Source: Azolla caroliniana (taxonomy: Eukaryota; Plantae; Polypodiophyta). From it: a stretch of 64,000 bases of DNA. The stretch covers positions 19,406,001 to 19,470,000 of the forward strand of contig JBHGNT010000005.1 of NCBI GenBank assembly GCA_043228905.1, given 5' to 3'. Position numbers and translations under genes: made by a program. Each line of letters begins with the position of its first letter. The stretch's first letter is position 1. The notes below the pieces were generated by a model, which saw only the letters and a program-made list of their open reading frames with translations, did not search any database and had not been told where the DNA came from. Below are positions 12,880-25,197 of the stretch, in pieces.

Positions 12880-14046
12880 TGTGGTTTATGAAAACATTGC
12901 GAAAAATAGAACTAACTAATATCACGTCAGGGTATCCACATTGCTCTCCTCTTCTTCCTTTTGAGAACTCCCCTACAAAATTTGTGCAATAGTATCTACT
13001 CCACATAGCTAACAATGATAGGGTCCTCAAATAGCTCGTTGACAAAATCAATAATCTCCCTAGGTTCAGCAGCTAATGAAGGAATAGGTTCATGAGATGC
13101 AGATTGAAAAGATTAAGGCTTTAATCCTCATGTTAATGAAACTCACATGCTCATAATTTTTTTAAAGTGCAACAGTATTTCTAAATAGCTTCAATGAAGA
13201 TGCAGATGGAGTACAAATTAACAATTGAAAATGAAGATTGCTTTAACTAAACATAAACTATATTGATTTCTAAAGGCATAGCAAATAAAGTTATAATAAT
13301 TTACACGAGTCGAATCTAGTATCCAATCTCCTTCATTGGAGAACATTTCAAATGACAAATATCATTCATGGGAAAATCAAAATTCTCCATGTAAGATAAA
13401 TATTCCTTACTAAGCAAGGTTTTCTATCCCATGGCAATGAGATCTCAAGGCCTATGCTATAGAGTATCCTTGGTCCATGCTATGGAATACGACAATTCTC
13501 CATAAGGATATTGTCGTTAACTGTGCGAAATATTTTGCCATCTTCTCAAGTTGTTTGAACATAAATGGTTCATAATTGTATGTTGATCCAACCATACAAA
13601 ATCCTTATGGTATGTCAACAATCAATAATATGTATTCCTTCATTAGCAGTGTGTATCATGTCAGCCACATCACCACAATAGACATTATAGTAAATCATGG
13701 GTGATATCCTTTTTGTGGCTAAATTTCTTAAAAGTGCCAGCATCTTCTACACCATATGCCTTCACTAAACGGTAGTCCTTTTCATTCCATGTTCTTTCAA
13801 AATGTGCAAGAAATGATGTAGGAAAATCAAGAATATCTTTAACTCTCTCGGTTTCTCACTATCATTATCTCGGTATATCATTGTTGAACAATATTTCTTT
13901 GCTCTTTGACTATACGTGGCTTCCTTAAGTTGAGTAGATTCTAAAGGTGAGCCTCGATTATTCAAACAAATTTTCTTAACTATACGCTCATCTTGATTTT
14001 CAGTTGACCTTGTAACCACAAGATTGAAAAATATAGAGAAACTCAA
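12880..14046 (-). pseudogene. Decayed, probably spliced gene of unknown function inside the DNA transposon
   Basis: One minus frame reads ERTWNEKDYRLVKAYGVEDAGTFKKFSHKKDITHDLL... and a second block reads EPREIIDFVNELFEDPIIVSYVE.ILLHKFCRGVLKRKKRRAMW. The stops fit CAA/CGA/CAG to T changes, and an AT-rich intron-like gap separates the blocks. Confidence 0.55.
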
Positions 14047-14354
14047 TTATATGAACCAATAAGTAATTTCTAACAACTTATATGTTTAAAGACAGATTAA
14101 CTTGAGAAAAGGGCTCTAAATGCCAAAAAGAGACAGGTAGATGCGAAATATCCCAAAAATTAATGAATTTTTGTTAAATAATATGCGAAACAAACACTAA
14201 ATAGTGCAATAAAAACACTACCATCAAACAAATTTTGTAATGGAAAATCTTGGAAAAAAATAGAATTTCATTACAAAAATAGAGATTATTTGTGAAAATA
14301 TACAATTTATTAAGGAACTCGATAATTTTAATAGTAAAACAGATACTTCGTAGT

Positions 14355-14830
14355 ACAATTCGATACAATGTATCGAGTTCATGTTGAAAACTCAATTTTT
14401 TACATCAACTCAATGCATTGCATCGAGTTCATGTAAAAAATAAAGTTTTCAACATGAACTCAATAAAATGTATCGAATTCATGTTTAAAGTTTTATTTTT
14501 ATTATTTTTTGTTTTTAAATATATATTTTTTGAGCTTGATTGATGAAAAAACCAATTTTTTCATCGCAATTTGATATAATGTATCGAATTCATATTTAAA
14601 GTTTTTTTCTCGAAAAATTCATACTTTAAACATGAACTCGATACATTGTATCGAATTGTGAGGAAAACTTTGGTTTTTTCATTAGCTCAAGCTCAAAAGA
14701 AATTCTTTTTTTTTAAATCCCCCCAAAAAAACTCTGAACATGAATTCAATACATTGTATCAAATTGTGATGAAAACTCTGTTTTTTACATCAACTCAATA
14801 AAATGTATCGAGTTCATGTTTAAAAATGTT
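14355..14830. repeat. Array of palindromic (C)GATACAwTGTATCG / CATGAACTC motifs in both orientations
   Basis: At least 6 copies of aatgtatcga(g/a)ttcatg or its complement. Confidence 0.75.
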
Positions 14831-14899
14831 CTTTTTTCCTCGAATTGTACTAAAATCTTTGTTTTTACAAGAGAAAAAGAAGCATATCGATAATGCAAA

Positions 14900-15710
14900 T
14901 AAGTATGTTGCACAAGATATCTTCTGGTGAACATGTTCTTCATTGATCAACAAAAAACCATTAATAATTGTGTCGATGGTAATTGGATCTTGCAAATGCC
15001 GTCTACATGGTGTATAAAATAGGGAAAAGTACCAAGATACCCCTGGAAGTTCATCTATTTACCATAATGCCCCTAGAAGTTCCAAATTTACCAAACTACC
15101 CCTATGTCCAAAAAAATACACTTTATAAAGTAATTATACACTCAAATCTACAAGCCCTATTTACCAGAATACCCTTAAAACACACATTTCTTTACTTAAG
15201 AGATTCTTTGGGTCCTTTGTACTTACTTTATAAAGTGTATTTTTTTGGACATAGGGGTAGTTTGGTAAATTTGGAACTTCCAGGGGCATTCCGGTAAATA
15301 GGCGAACTTCCAAGGGTATCTTGGTACTTTTCCCTATAAAATATTCTTATGGTTCTCAATCACCACTTCAAGAACTTAATGTTGATCTTCATAGTTTGGT
15401 CCATCCACAACAGAGAAACATTTATGTGGAACCAAGGATGAAAACATGAGCATAACTCAGGTGACAAGGAAACTTGCAAGAACTCAAGGTGGGGATATTA
15501 ATAGCTACACATGTAGATAGCCATGACCTAGGGCACCAATTCTGGATTGGTAAAGTTTTGGACATGGTGATGCATTAAAGCTTTTAATACATCTATCATT
15601 GACATTAATGAGGTGGATATCATTGTGTATGACTTTACATTGACAAAAGTTGGACGTTTAAGGAAGACAATGATAGACATAATAAAATAGAAATTACTAA
15701 GTCTAGAATA
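14900..15710 (+). pseudogene. C-terminal remnant of a putative transposase, split by a MULE MITE
   Basis: The frame continues across the MITE (WCIK|YSYGSQ) to HQFWIGKV and YDFTLTKVGRLRK. Confidence 0.45.
15022..15334. mobile_element. Mutator-type MITE (313 bp, ~110-bp TIRs, 9-bp TSD TATAAAATA)
   Basis: GGGAAAAGTACCAAGATACCC...GGGTATCTTGGTACTTTTCCC is flanked by tataaaata at 15013-15021 and 15335-15343. Confidence 0.95.
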
Positions 15711-16225
15711 TGTCTAATATTGAAGGTGAACAAGATTTAGTGCACACAATTTGGAGACACCATTTGGTGAAGACAATGATTTGATTGGTACATTTAAAAA
15801 TGAGGGGGAAGAGTCACAATTGTATATTAGCTATAGTAGTGATTCTCATGAAAGGGGTGATCATAGTGATGTAAATAACTCCTGAATGTATTTTTTGTGC
15901 AACGATATATAACAAATTTAAATAACATTTTATCGAATGATATAAAAAATTTGATTGTTTTGAAATCTTTTTCTTTTGAATTCTTTAAGATCTAAAAACT
16001 TATTAGTTGTCATTTTTCCTTAAAAATACACAAAGTTACTTTTCGTATTTGATCAAAATTTAACATTTTTCAATTTTACCAAATGGTGAAAATTTTAACT
16101 TTTTCATCAACTTTTTGAGAACGTGTGATACTAGTATTAAGGTGTTTTGTGAAATGGCCAAAAAAACCCCAAAATCAGACGGAATATTCCTTATCCTTCC
16201 ACTTGTGAACGCGAACATGTTAGCA

Positions 16226-18608
16226 ATTACCAGTTTCCCATATACGAAACACTCCAATCAAGATAGAATAGGGCCTATGCCACAAAATAGATGGCATGAT
16301 GAGGATTGTAGAGACTTATATAGACAACTTAAAGTATCCCGACTCAGTGGTACTATTACCTCAATACATGCTCACTAAGAAATGCACAAGATGACACGTT
16401 GTAAGAGACGAGTGTGGGAGACATCTCAATATTGGGAACTCTACCATATTCTCATGAGTAGCAATTGCACCACTACATGGAAGAGACTACGGGAACCAAG
16501 ACCACACACAACCATCAAGGTTCCCAACACTTGGCACATATAGAGAGAGAGACTTTAGCAAGTCCTAAGGCAGCCACCCATTCCCATGCCTTCTACACCC
16601 CGACCTACCATGGGGACACTTTTCACGACTTGGAGGGTCATGAAGGTCATAAATAAATTGCAACATAGGAAGTTCATGGACCATAGGATTGCTAGGAGAA
16701 CACATAATATATGTGTCAGTGCTAATAACTCCTTTTCTAACTCTAATATTTAATCATGCTCTCGCCGATGGTTTTCAACATAGTGGACTGTGAATATAGT
16801 GGCCCCCATACATGAAGGAGGGGATCCCCTGAACCCAAATAACATATATGATCATCATGATAGGTCATACACTCGCTAAATTATATGGTGCAATAATGGA
16901 AGAAGAGCTCAACGATTATATGGAGACCTTAAGTCTTAGAGCACCTGAACAGACTGGCTTTAGACATGCCTTCTCTACTATTGACCATATCTTCACACGT
17001 AGATGCTTAATTGATCAGGCAAAGGCTCGTAAGAAGAAGTTATATTATTGTTTTGGGGACTTCCGCAAAACCTTTGACACAATCCCTAAAGAGTGGTTGT
17101 TTGATAGGCTTAAAAGCTTGGAGATACCAGATGACATGATTTGGGCCATCTATGCACTTTATGAGCAAGTCTCCAGGTGTGTACGATGCCCAAGTGGCCT
17201 ATCCCACCTATCCAATTGCTTCACTAGCACCATTGGTGTAAAACAAGGTTGCCCCCTATCACCGACTCTTTTTGGGATCTACATTGATGAGATCACGGAT
17301 TTTATTGCTCATATGGTGAGGCAACATATTAGTCCTTGGGGGTACGCAAGTTAGTATCTTGCTCTATGTAGACGACATAGTTTTGCTCTCTGAGTTTGAA
17401 CACGGTCACCTACAAAGGCACCTTAATGCCTAAATGACTTTTGCGCACAATGAGGATTGGTAGTGAATTTAGGGAAAACTAAAGTCCTGATCTTTCACAC
17501 ACCGACTCGAGTTAGAACTAAGTGTCACCTAACCCTCTCTCATAAACCAGTTGATGTAGTTGGATCATATGTATATCTTGGAGTCACTTTAGTGCCCGCT
17601 CAGGTAAATTTTCGATGACATAGGAATCCAAAGATAGACTTACGAGAGGACACACATCCCTCTTACTCCTAGAGAGACAATGCCACCAAGCATACTGTCA
17701 AGAGCCACAGACTAAGGGGCGGCTCTTCGATTCATTAGTGACCCCTTCCCTCATGTATGCATAAGTGGTTTGGGCTCCAGGGCTACCATCTTTCATGTGG
17801 ATGCAATTAGAGAGACCATTGGTGATGATGTTATCACGTCAACTCTGAAGCAAATCAATAGTACCACATGACATTATTTGAGTTGAGTTCACTTTGCCGC
17901 CGATGTTAGTAGAAACACTTTTTAAACTTGTAGTCTTTATTCATACGATACATAGCCAACCACAAGATAAGATATCTCGTCAAGCTTTTGAGGCATCTCG
18001 ATCACTCTATGAGTCTGGATATACTAGCTCTTGGTATAGCAGGATGGTGAGTTGGCTTCTTGCAAATGGCATAGACATTAATAACCTACCTCCCCCCAAG
18101 TATAATCACGATATTGATAAAACTTTAATCTCTCATGAGTACCGTAATAAAGTAATACGCCAAGAAATATGGCAAATTTACACTTGGTATAAATGGATCA
18201 CCCCACTAGAGCCACTCCCATCTAAAATGTTGTACTATAAGGAACACTTCATGCACTTCTCTAAGTTAGGTTTTGTTACACGACCAAAATATCTAGATAC
18301 ATTCTTACCAAATGCACTAAAGTTTGTTGTTGGACAACTTAGAATATCCTCTTACCAACTTGAGATTGAGAATGGTCGTACTAATGGAGTCCTTAGAGAG
18401 GAAAGGATATGTAGATTATGTCACATAGAGATAGAGGATGAGTACCACTTTACATGGAAGCGTCCAACTTACGCCGAGATAAGGGAAAATTACCAAGACA
18501 TACTCGGACCCTCTCCCACCCTCTCCAAACAATTAGATACTCTAGATATAAAGAAATTAGGTAGATATATCTTAGAGCTAAAACAACATTGAGAGAATAA
18601 GCTACAAA
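16226..18608 (+). pseudogene. LINE ORF2 RT/zinc-finger portion
   Basis: ORFs 16848-17354 and 17894-18592 carry RT and CCHC-like motifs. Confidence 0.85.
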
Positions 18609-18613
18609 ACATT

Positions 18614-21600
18614 TGTTGAGCGGCAAGCTCAACCGGAGCCGGATCGGCTGAATAAGCCGGAGCCGGTAAGCGAGACGGATCGGGCGAAACAAATCGGTAT
18701 GACGGTGAGCAACCGAACCGGCAAGCAGTGGAGGCCGGGTGCAATCCGTAACCGGAAGTCCAATCGGAAGCCTAGTATAGGATAGACTACTAGGTAGCTA
18801 TAGTCTCGTAGTAAGTGTCAGATGCTCGTGTGAGCATTGAAGTACATGGTACTTCTGTCAGTCCCAAGAGGACTTGTATAAATAGTGCTACTTAGCACAG
18901 TGTGTATACAGAGTCTTGATATAATTTTGAAATTACGTTCTGCTCTCTCTGTCTCTCTCTGTGTGTTGTTCTCTGTTTTACACTTCCGCAAACACTTACG
19001 TTTACATGGTATCAGAGCGCGAGGGTTGAGAACCTCTACTGCAGACATTTACTCTTGAGAAGAAAACCCTAACAGGTCGAAAACAGACACAGTGGAAGAC
19101 ATGGATAGAGGTATGGATACGTCGCTCCCGGTGGAGAAGCTCGACAGGAGCAACTACGCATCCTGGTCTTACAAGATGCACCAGTACCTGCTTGGACACG
19201 GGTACTGGAGTTATGTCGAAGGAGCGAATGATGCGGCGCCAGACTCGGCACACAAGGACTTCCCGGTATGGGAATAGGCGGCAAGTAGGGTGATGTACTA
19301 CTTCGCGTCCAGTGTCGGCGATCAGCTGCTCAGCCACATCCGTGACGCCAAGACACCGAAGGATGCTTGGGGGAACCTGAAAAAGGTTTTCGCTGCAAGC
19401 ACCACTGCCTGGAAGCTGCAACTCAGACAGGAGTTGAGCAATGTTCGACAGAAGAACATGTCTGTGGCAGACTACACGGGCCGGATAAAGGAGATCTGTG
19501 ACTCGCTCGCCTCTATCAATGTTACCGTAGAGGAAGACGAGATGGTGCAGGTATGTCTCGGAGGCCTGGCATCCAAGTTCGGAGCGTTCCGAACTATGGT
19601 GTGTACAAGGGAGAATACCCCCTCATTCTTCGACTTACAGTCGATGCTCCTTGTAGAGGAGAACCATGCCGGTGCATCTAACAGTGCATCCCCGGACAGC
19701 TGAATGCTGTACACAGGAACGGATCGGCTCCATGGGCGTGGTGGAAGAGGTGAGTCGGCACACAATGGAGGCGGCCGGCAAGAGCAGGAACGGAGGCACT
19801 ATGAGCGTGCCGACAGCAGTTCTGGGACTTCCACAAGCAGGGGGAGTCAAGGCGGTGTCGGAGGCCGGCAAGACAAATCCGCTACGGAATGCTGGTACTG
19901 TGGCAAAAAAGGCCACAGGGAAAGCGAGTGCTGGAGAAAGCGTGCCGATTCGGACAAATCCGGATCCGGCAAGACCGGTAAGGATGGCCAGCAAAACTCG
20001 CACTACGCAAACGGATCAGAAGGATCCGGAACCGGAAAGGCCGGTAAGGGGCCAACCTTGGTGATGAATCACAAGGCAAACTCAATGAAGAAGACCACTT
20101 CCAAAACGGAGGAAGTGTGGTATGTTGATTCCGGCGCGTCAAACCACATGACGAGCCACAAAGAGTGGTTCTCCTTTCTGGAGAAACCAGATCAGCCAGG
20201 AGTAGTCAAAACCGGAGACGACACTCCTCACCCAATCATGCACGTCGGAGAAGTCCCTCTAAGCCACGTCGGACAGAAAGGGAAGCTGATGAACGTATTA
20301 CACGTTCCGACAATCACGAAGAACCTGGTGTCCGTTGGTCAGATTGTCGACCAGGGGATGCAGGTGCGGTTTACGCACCTCGGGTGCTTCATTGAGGATG
20401 AGGGCGAAGTCATTGCGCAAGGGCGCAGAGACGGGAGGATGTTTATCCTCAACACCAATGACTTTGGCACCGCTCTGTTCGCGAAATGACAGAAGGTCGA
20501 GTCGGACATCGACTTGTGGCACAAGCGGAGGCTTGAAGACCTGCAAACGAAACAAGTCGTTTTCGGTTTGCCGAAGTTCAGCGGCCGGAGAGCCGAAATT
20601 TGTGAAGCCTGCCAACTTGGGAAGCAACACCGGCTTCCATTCCCCACCGAACGGAACCGGAGCCGTAACAAGCTCGATCTCATCCATTCGGATGTGTGGG
20701 GACTGGCACAAAGTGTAAGCCTTGGCGGGAGCCGATACTTCGTCTCCTTCATCGATGACTATACTCGACATACTTGGATCTACCTCATTGAGCGGAAGAG
20801 CGAAGTCTTCGACTGTTTCCGGAGCCTCCAGAAGATGGTGGAACGGGAATCGGAGAGGAACATCAAGTGCCTTCTGTCGGATGGCGGAAAGGAATATTTT
20901 TCCGGCCAATTCACTAGTTATCTGCAACAGAAGGGAATTCGGCGAGAGTTCAGCTGCAGATACACACCGGAGCAAAACGGTGTGGCTGAAAGGAAGAACC
21001 GGACACTCGTCGAAGCGGCAAGGACAATGCTGGAGGAGAAGAGCATGCCCCGGTTCTACTGGGCGGAGGCGGTCCGGACGGCCGTCTACATACAAAACCG
21101 CATTGGTGACAACGTGTCAGCTCATGAGCTGTATTTCGGGCGCAAGCCGAACTTAAGACACCTTCGGATATTCGGCAGCATAGCGTATGTGCATGTGCCG
21201 GATCAGAAGCGGAGGAAGCTGGATGCAAAATCGGAAAAATGCATCCTAGTCGGCTTTGCTCAAGAGCAAAAGGGGTATAAGTGCTATCACCCCCGGACGA
21301 AGGAAGTCTGAGTTAGCCGGGATGTCGAATTCGATGAATCGGCATCCTGGTACTCCGTACCGACTCCGACTTCCGATCCCGACCAGGCCAGTGAGCCTGA
21401 ATCAGCCCTGGAAGAGGATGATGAAGCCGGGACTCAAGATGAGAGTTCGGAATCGTTGCGGTTGAGTGGACCGAACGAGCGTCCGAGTCGGTTGGACCAG
21501 TCGGATGAAGAGACGGCAAGTGGTGGAGACTCTGCCGTGCTCTCACCGCGCAAGGAATCGAGGAAACGGTTCACGCGCAAAGAGAAGGGGAAGAGGAAGA

Positions 21601-24429
21601 TGCCAGAATTCGAAACCGGCAACGATGAGTTGGATCGGTGCGTATTCGACTCCGGAAAGGAGAAAGGCGGATCTTCGGCAACGAAGACCGAACTGGCCAA
21701 GAAGGGCCTCAAATCAGGTGACGGTGCGTTGCGCCGATCAACCCGCCAGAAGGATCCCGTCATGCGGTACGGGTACAATGAATACATGGCGCATCATTAT
21801 GCGTACATGACTAAGGTAACAGAAGTGCGTGAGCCGGAGAGCTACGCAGAAGTGGCAAAGGACGCAAATTGGCGTGCCGCTATGGACGAAGAAATGCGGG
21901 CACTCGATGCCAACGAAACTTGGGACCTAGTTGATCCTCCCCGTCACTATAAACCGATCGGATGCAAGTGGGTGTACAAGGTCAAGTACAACACCGACGG
22001 TTCTGTTAACCGGTACAAAGCCCGGTTAGTGGCGAAGGGATACGCGTAGACCCATGGAATCGACTACGACGAGACCTTCGCTCCTGTGGCGAAGATGACG
22101 ACGGTTCGTGTGGTACTGGCGGTTGCTGCGGCAAGGGGGTGGCATCTTCACCAGATGGATGTGACGAACATCTTCCTTCAAGGAGAGCTTGAAGAAGAAG
22201 TCTTTATGACTCAGTCCCCCGGATTTCAATCAGAGATGAACAAGTCGGCGGTATGCCGACTGAAGAAGTCGCGTTACGGCTTGAAGCAAGCCCCCCGAGC
22301 TTGGAACGTGAAGATCAGGCACCGGTTGCGTAAGCTGGGGTTTGCTGTCTCTAAGTCGGACTCTTCGTTGTTCATCCGACAAGGCTCTGATGGTCCGGTA
22401 TGTATACTCTTGTATGTGGATGATTTGGTCATCACCGGACCGGGTCTTCCCGAAATCAACCGCGTCAAGTCCCAGTTGTCGGACGCATTCGAAATGAAGG
22501 ACCTCGGGGACCTTCATTATTTTCTTGGGATCGAAGTGATCCGGACCCCCGACGGCATATTGCTCTCACAACGACATTACGTGTTGAATATGCTGTATAA
22601 GTTCGGCATGTCAGATTGCCGACCTGTCTCCACACCCTTGGACCGGAACCAGAAGCTCCGTCCCAACTCCGGACCGGCCTGCAATGAGAAACAGTTCCGA
22701 CAGGTTGTCGGAAGCCTGATCTACTTAACCATCACCCGACCCGACATTAGCTATCCGGTCGGCATGGTAAGTCAGTTCATGCAGAAGCCGACCGTGGAGC
22801 ACCTTCAGTGGGCGCAAAGAATATTACGGTATGTCAGCGGCACTAAGGACTGGGGACTGCTATACCGGCGAGGTATACCCAAAGAGCTTGTCGGTTACAC
22901 AGATGCTGACTGGGCCGGTGATGCGTCTGATCGCCGCTCCACTTCCGGATACATGTTCTCCATAGGTAGCGCGACCGTTGCGTGGAGCAGCAAGAAGAGT
23001 CCACAGTGGCTTTGTCAAGCACTGAGGCTGAGTACCGGGCCGCTACCGTTGCCACTTGTGAAGCCATTTGGCTTCGACGACTACTGCGAGACTTGCGGAT
23101 CGAGGTATCGACCCCGATCCCGATTTACTGCGATAACATGAGCAGCCTGCAACTCGCCAGGAACCTTGTGTTCCATGCTCGCACAAAGCACATTGAGGTG
23201 CACTACCACTTCGTGCGTGAGTGGGTCCTGAGCGGTGAAGTTGACCTACGGTATGTTTATACGGATCGACAAGTTGCCGACATCTTCACCAAGCCGCTCA
23301 GATCGGACAAGTTGCAACACTTTACCGACATGCTTGGTATTCAGCATCTCGACGTGCCGCACTTGAGGGGGAGAAGCAAGGGCAAAGTCTCTACCGAAAC
23401 GGGCAAAGGCTAAAAAACTGTTGAACCCGTCGGTAAGAGGAGAGCCGGAAGAAGAGGAGACAAGAAGATGAAGGAAGCCGAGTCGACGAAGGAAGTCGAC
23501 ACATCCAAACAGGTCGGAGCAAGCGACTGTGAAGAAGAGTTGTGCACTCAGGAAGAGAAGTGCATGTTGTGCGGAGGTCATCACAACGGTACTGACCATG
23601 ATGCGGAGTCGAATGAAGAATTCGATTTCGGTTCACCAGCTGAAGAAGCCGAGGGAAGCATGGAGAAGGCCAAGACTCAGAAGTGGTCTGATGTGGTGAG
23701 AGGCCTGAAGCCGGAAGTCGAATCGGAGTGTACCGATTCGGACAAGAGCTGGAACGAGTCGGAGACAGCTGACTTGGATCAACAGATGGATCCGGATGAG
23801 TCGGATCGATTGAAGGCCAAGGGGACACGGACACAGCGGAAGTTGATGCCATCGTGGGAGAACCGACGGATCGGCAAGCGCCGGAGTCACAGCAACGTGA
23901 GTGCTGAGATGGGCCTATTGAGCAGACATGCCGACCGAGAGGGTCGAGGCGTGCAGAACCTAAGGGGTCGCGGAAAACGGGACGGGACCGGACTAGGAGC
24001 GCGAGCAAGGCGGAGTGACGCCAGGAGAAGTCGGTTGGAAGAACCGACTGCCACAGAGGTCGACACTACGACCCCACCTCAGGTTGAGCTTGAGGGGGAG
24101 TGTTGAGCGGCAAGCTCAACCGGAGCCGGATCGGCTGAATAAGCTGGAGCCGGTAAGCGAGACGGATCGGGCGAAACAGATCGGTATGATGGTGAGCAAC
24201 CGAACCGGCAAGCAGTGGAGGCCGGGTGCAATCCGTAACCGGAAGTCCAATCGGAAGCCTAGTATAGGATAGACTACTAGGTAGCTATAGTCTCGTAGTA
24301 AGTGTCAGATGCTCGTGTGAGCATTGAAGTACATGGTACTTCTGTCAGTCCCAAGAGGACTTGTATAAATAGTGCTACTTAGCACAGTGTGTATACAGAG
24401 TCTTGATATAATTTTGAAATTACGTTCTG

Positions 24430-24463
<34 letters not shown>

Positions 24464-24507
24464 ATGTTGTTCTCTGTTTTACGCTTCCGCAAACACTTAC
24501 GTTTACA
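18614..24507 (+). mobile_element. Full-length Ty1/copia B (same lineage as A); LTRs 18614-19006 and 24101-24507; TSD ACATT
   Basis: Near-identical LTRs, PBS TGGTATCAGAGC at 19007, PPT at 24092-24100, TSD acatt at 18609-18613 and 24508-24512. Confidence 0.97.
19101..24106 (+). pseudogene. gag-pol pseudogene of copia B with a C-terminal extension
   Basis: Gag, CCHC, protease, integrase, RT and RNase H fragments separated by stops and frameshifts. The frame continues past RNase H into ORF 23468-24106. Confidence 0.9.
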
Positions 24508-25180
24508 ACATTAACAATAACTTTTCTAATATTCACCAACATGTAACCAATGAAGTTTTTCAGGGACAAGGGGAGACGGTGAATGTGCACACACATGCAC
24601 CACTCGACCTCTTCCTTGATGAAGCAGAAAACCAAAGAAGAACCAAGCACCCATAGATGCTGGGTTTCAAAGCAACTTGACGTGGTGTAGAAGCAATTAA
24701 GAAAATAAGGGAAAGTTGTCGTGCCTTTCGGCGCCGAATTGTTTCGTGAGTTGGGTGGAAACCGTCGAGGTTATGGACTAGGAGGAGGAGAATTTTAAAG
24801 TTAATGAGAATACAAATAGATTGTAAGAAAGAGATGTAGCAAACCTTGTGAATTCCATGAGTGTATTATATTAAATTAATCAACCCTAATAGTAGATTGG
24901 AATAGATTAGAAAAGATAGATTGAAAAATCGTGAATCACACGAGTATTAGATCTGTAAAGAATCGTGGTATGATTCTGTGTAGTGGAATATATTAGAGAT
25001 GTGTGTTGTGTGTGTATGTGTGTGTTTGAGAAGAGGAGAGGAGAGAGACACAAGATAGATAGAAAAATAGAATACTCAAGAAGATGTATATTACAAAGGA
25101 GTTTAACCAACACATTACAAAGTAGGAGGAGGGTGCTTTATTTTGTTACCCTCTCTCTTCATTTACTAGTGACGCTCATC

Positions 25181-25197
25181 GGTTTAGGGTTTAGGGT
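25181..25197 (+). repeat. Short interstitial telomeric repeat (TTTAGGG)
   Basis: ggtttagggtttagggt inside an LTR. Confidence 0.6.

Larger units (their letters stand above)
12205..16221. mobile_element. TIR DNA transposon, 4017 bp, ~29-bp TIR AACATGTTCGCGTTCACAAGT(T/G)GAAGGAT, 4-bp TSD (AACA/AGCA); possibly Sola-like
   Basis: Near-perfect TIRs. Removing the element and one TSD restores the LINE frame H-S-A-A-I-T-S-F-P-Y. Confidence 0.85.
10096..24880 (+). mobile_element. Near full-length decayed LINE (coiled-coil ORF1; APE-RT-CCHC ORF2), L2/CR1/RTEX-like; interrupted by a DNA transposon (12205-16221) and copia B (18614-24507); ends approximate
   Basis: ORF1 from 10373 (coiled coil, SWVDMVKR, NVRITGL). 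Endonuclease motifs GDFNART and STIDY. RT motifs EQTGFR, GVKQGCPLSPTLFGIYID and YVDD. C-terminal ICRLCH...EDEYH. Reading frames rejoin across both insertions. Confidence 0.8.

Noticed and set aside
12205-16221. piggyBac assignment (TTAA-CATGTT-like ends)
   Set aside because: Flanks are CAAA/TTAG rather than TTAA, and a TTAA-type boundary would break the host LINE frame, whereas the AGCA TSD restores it.
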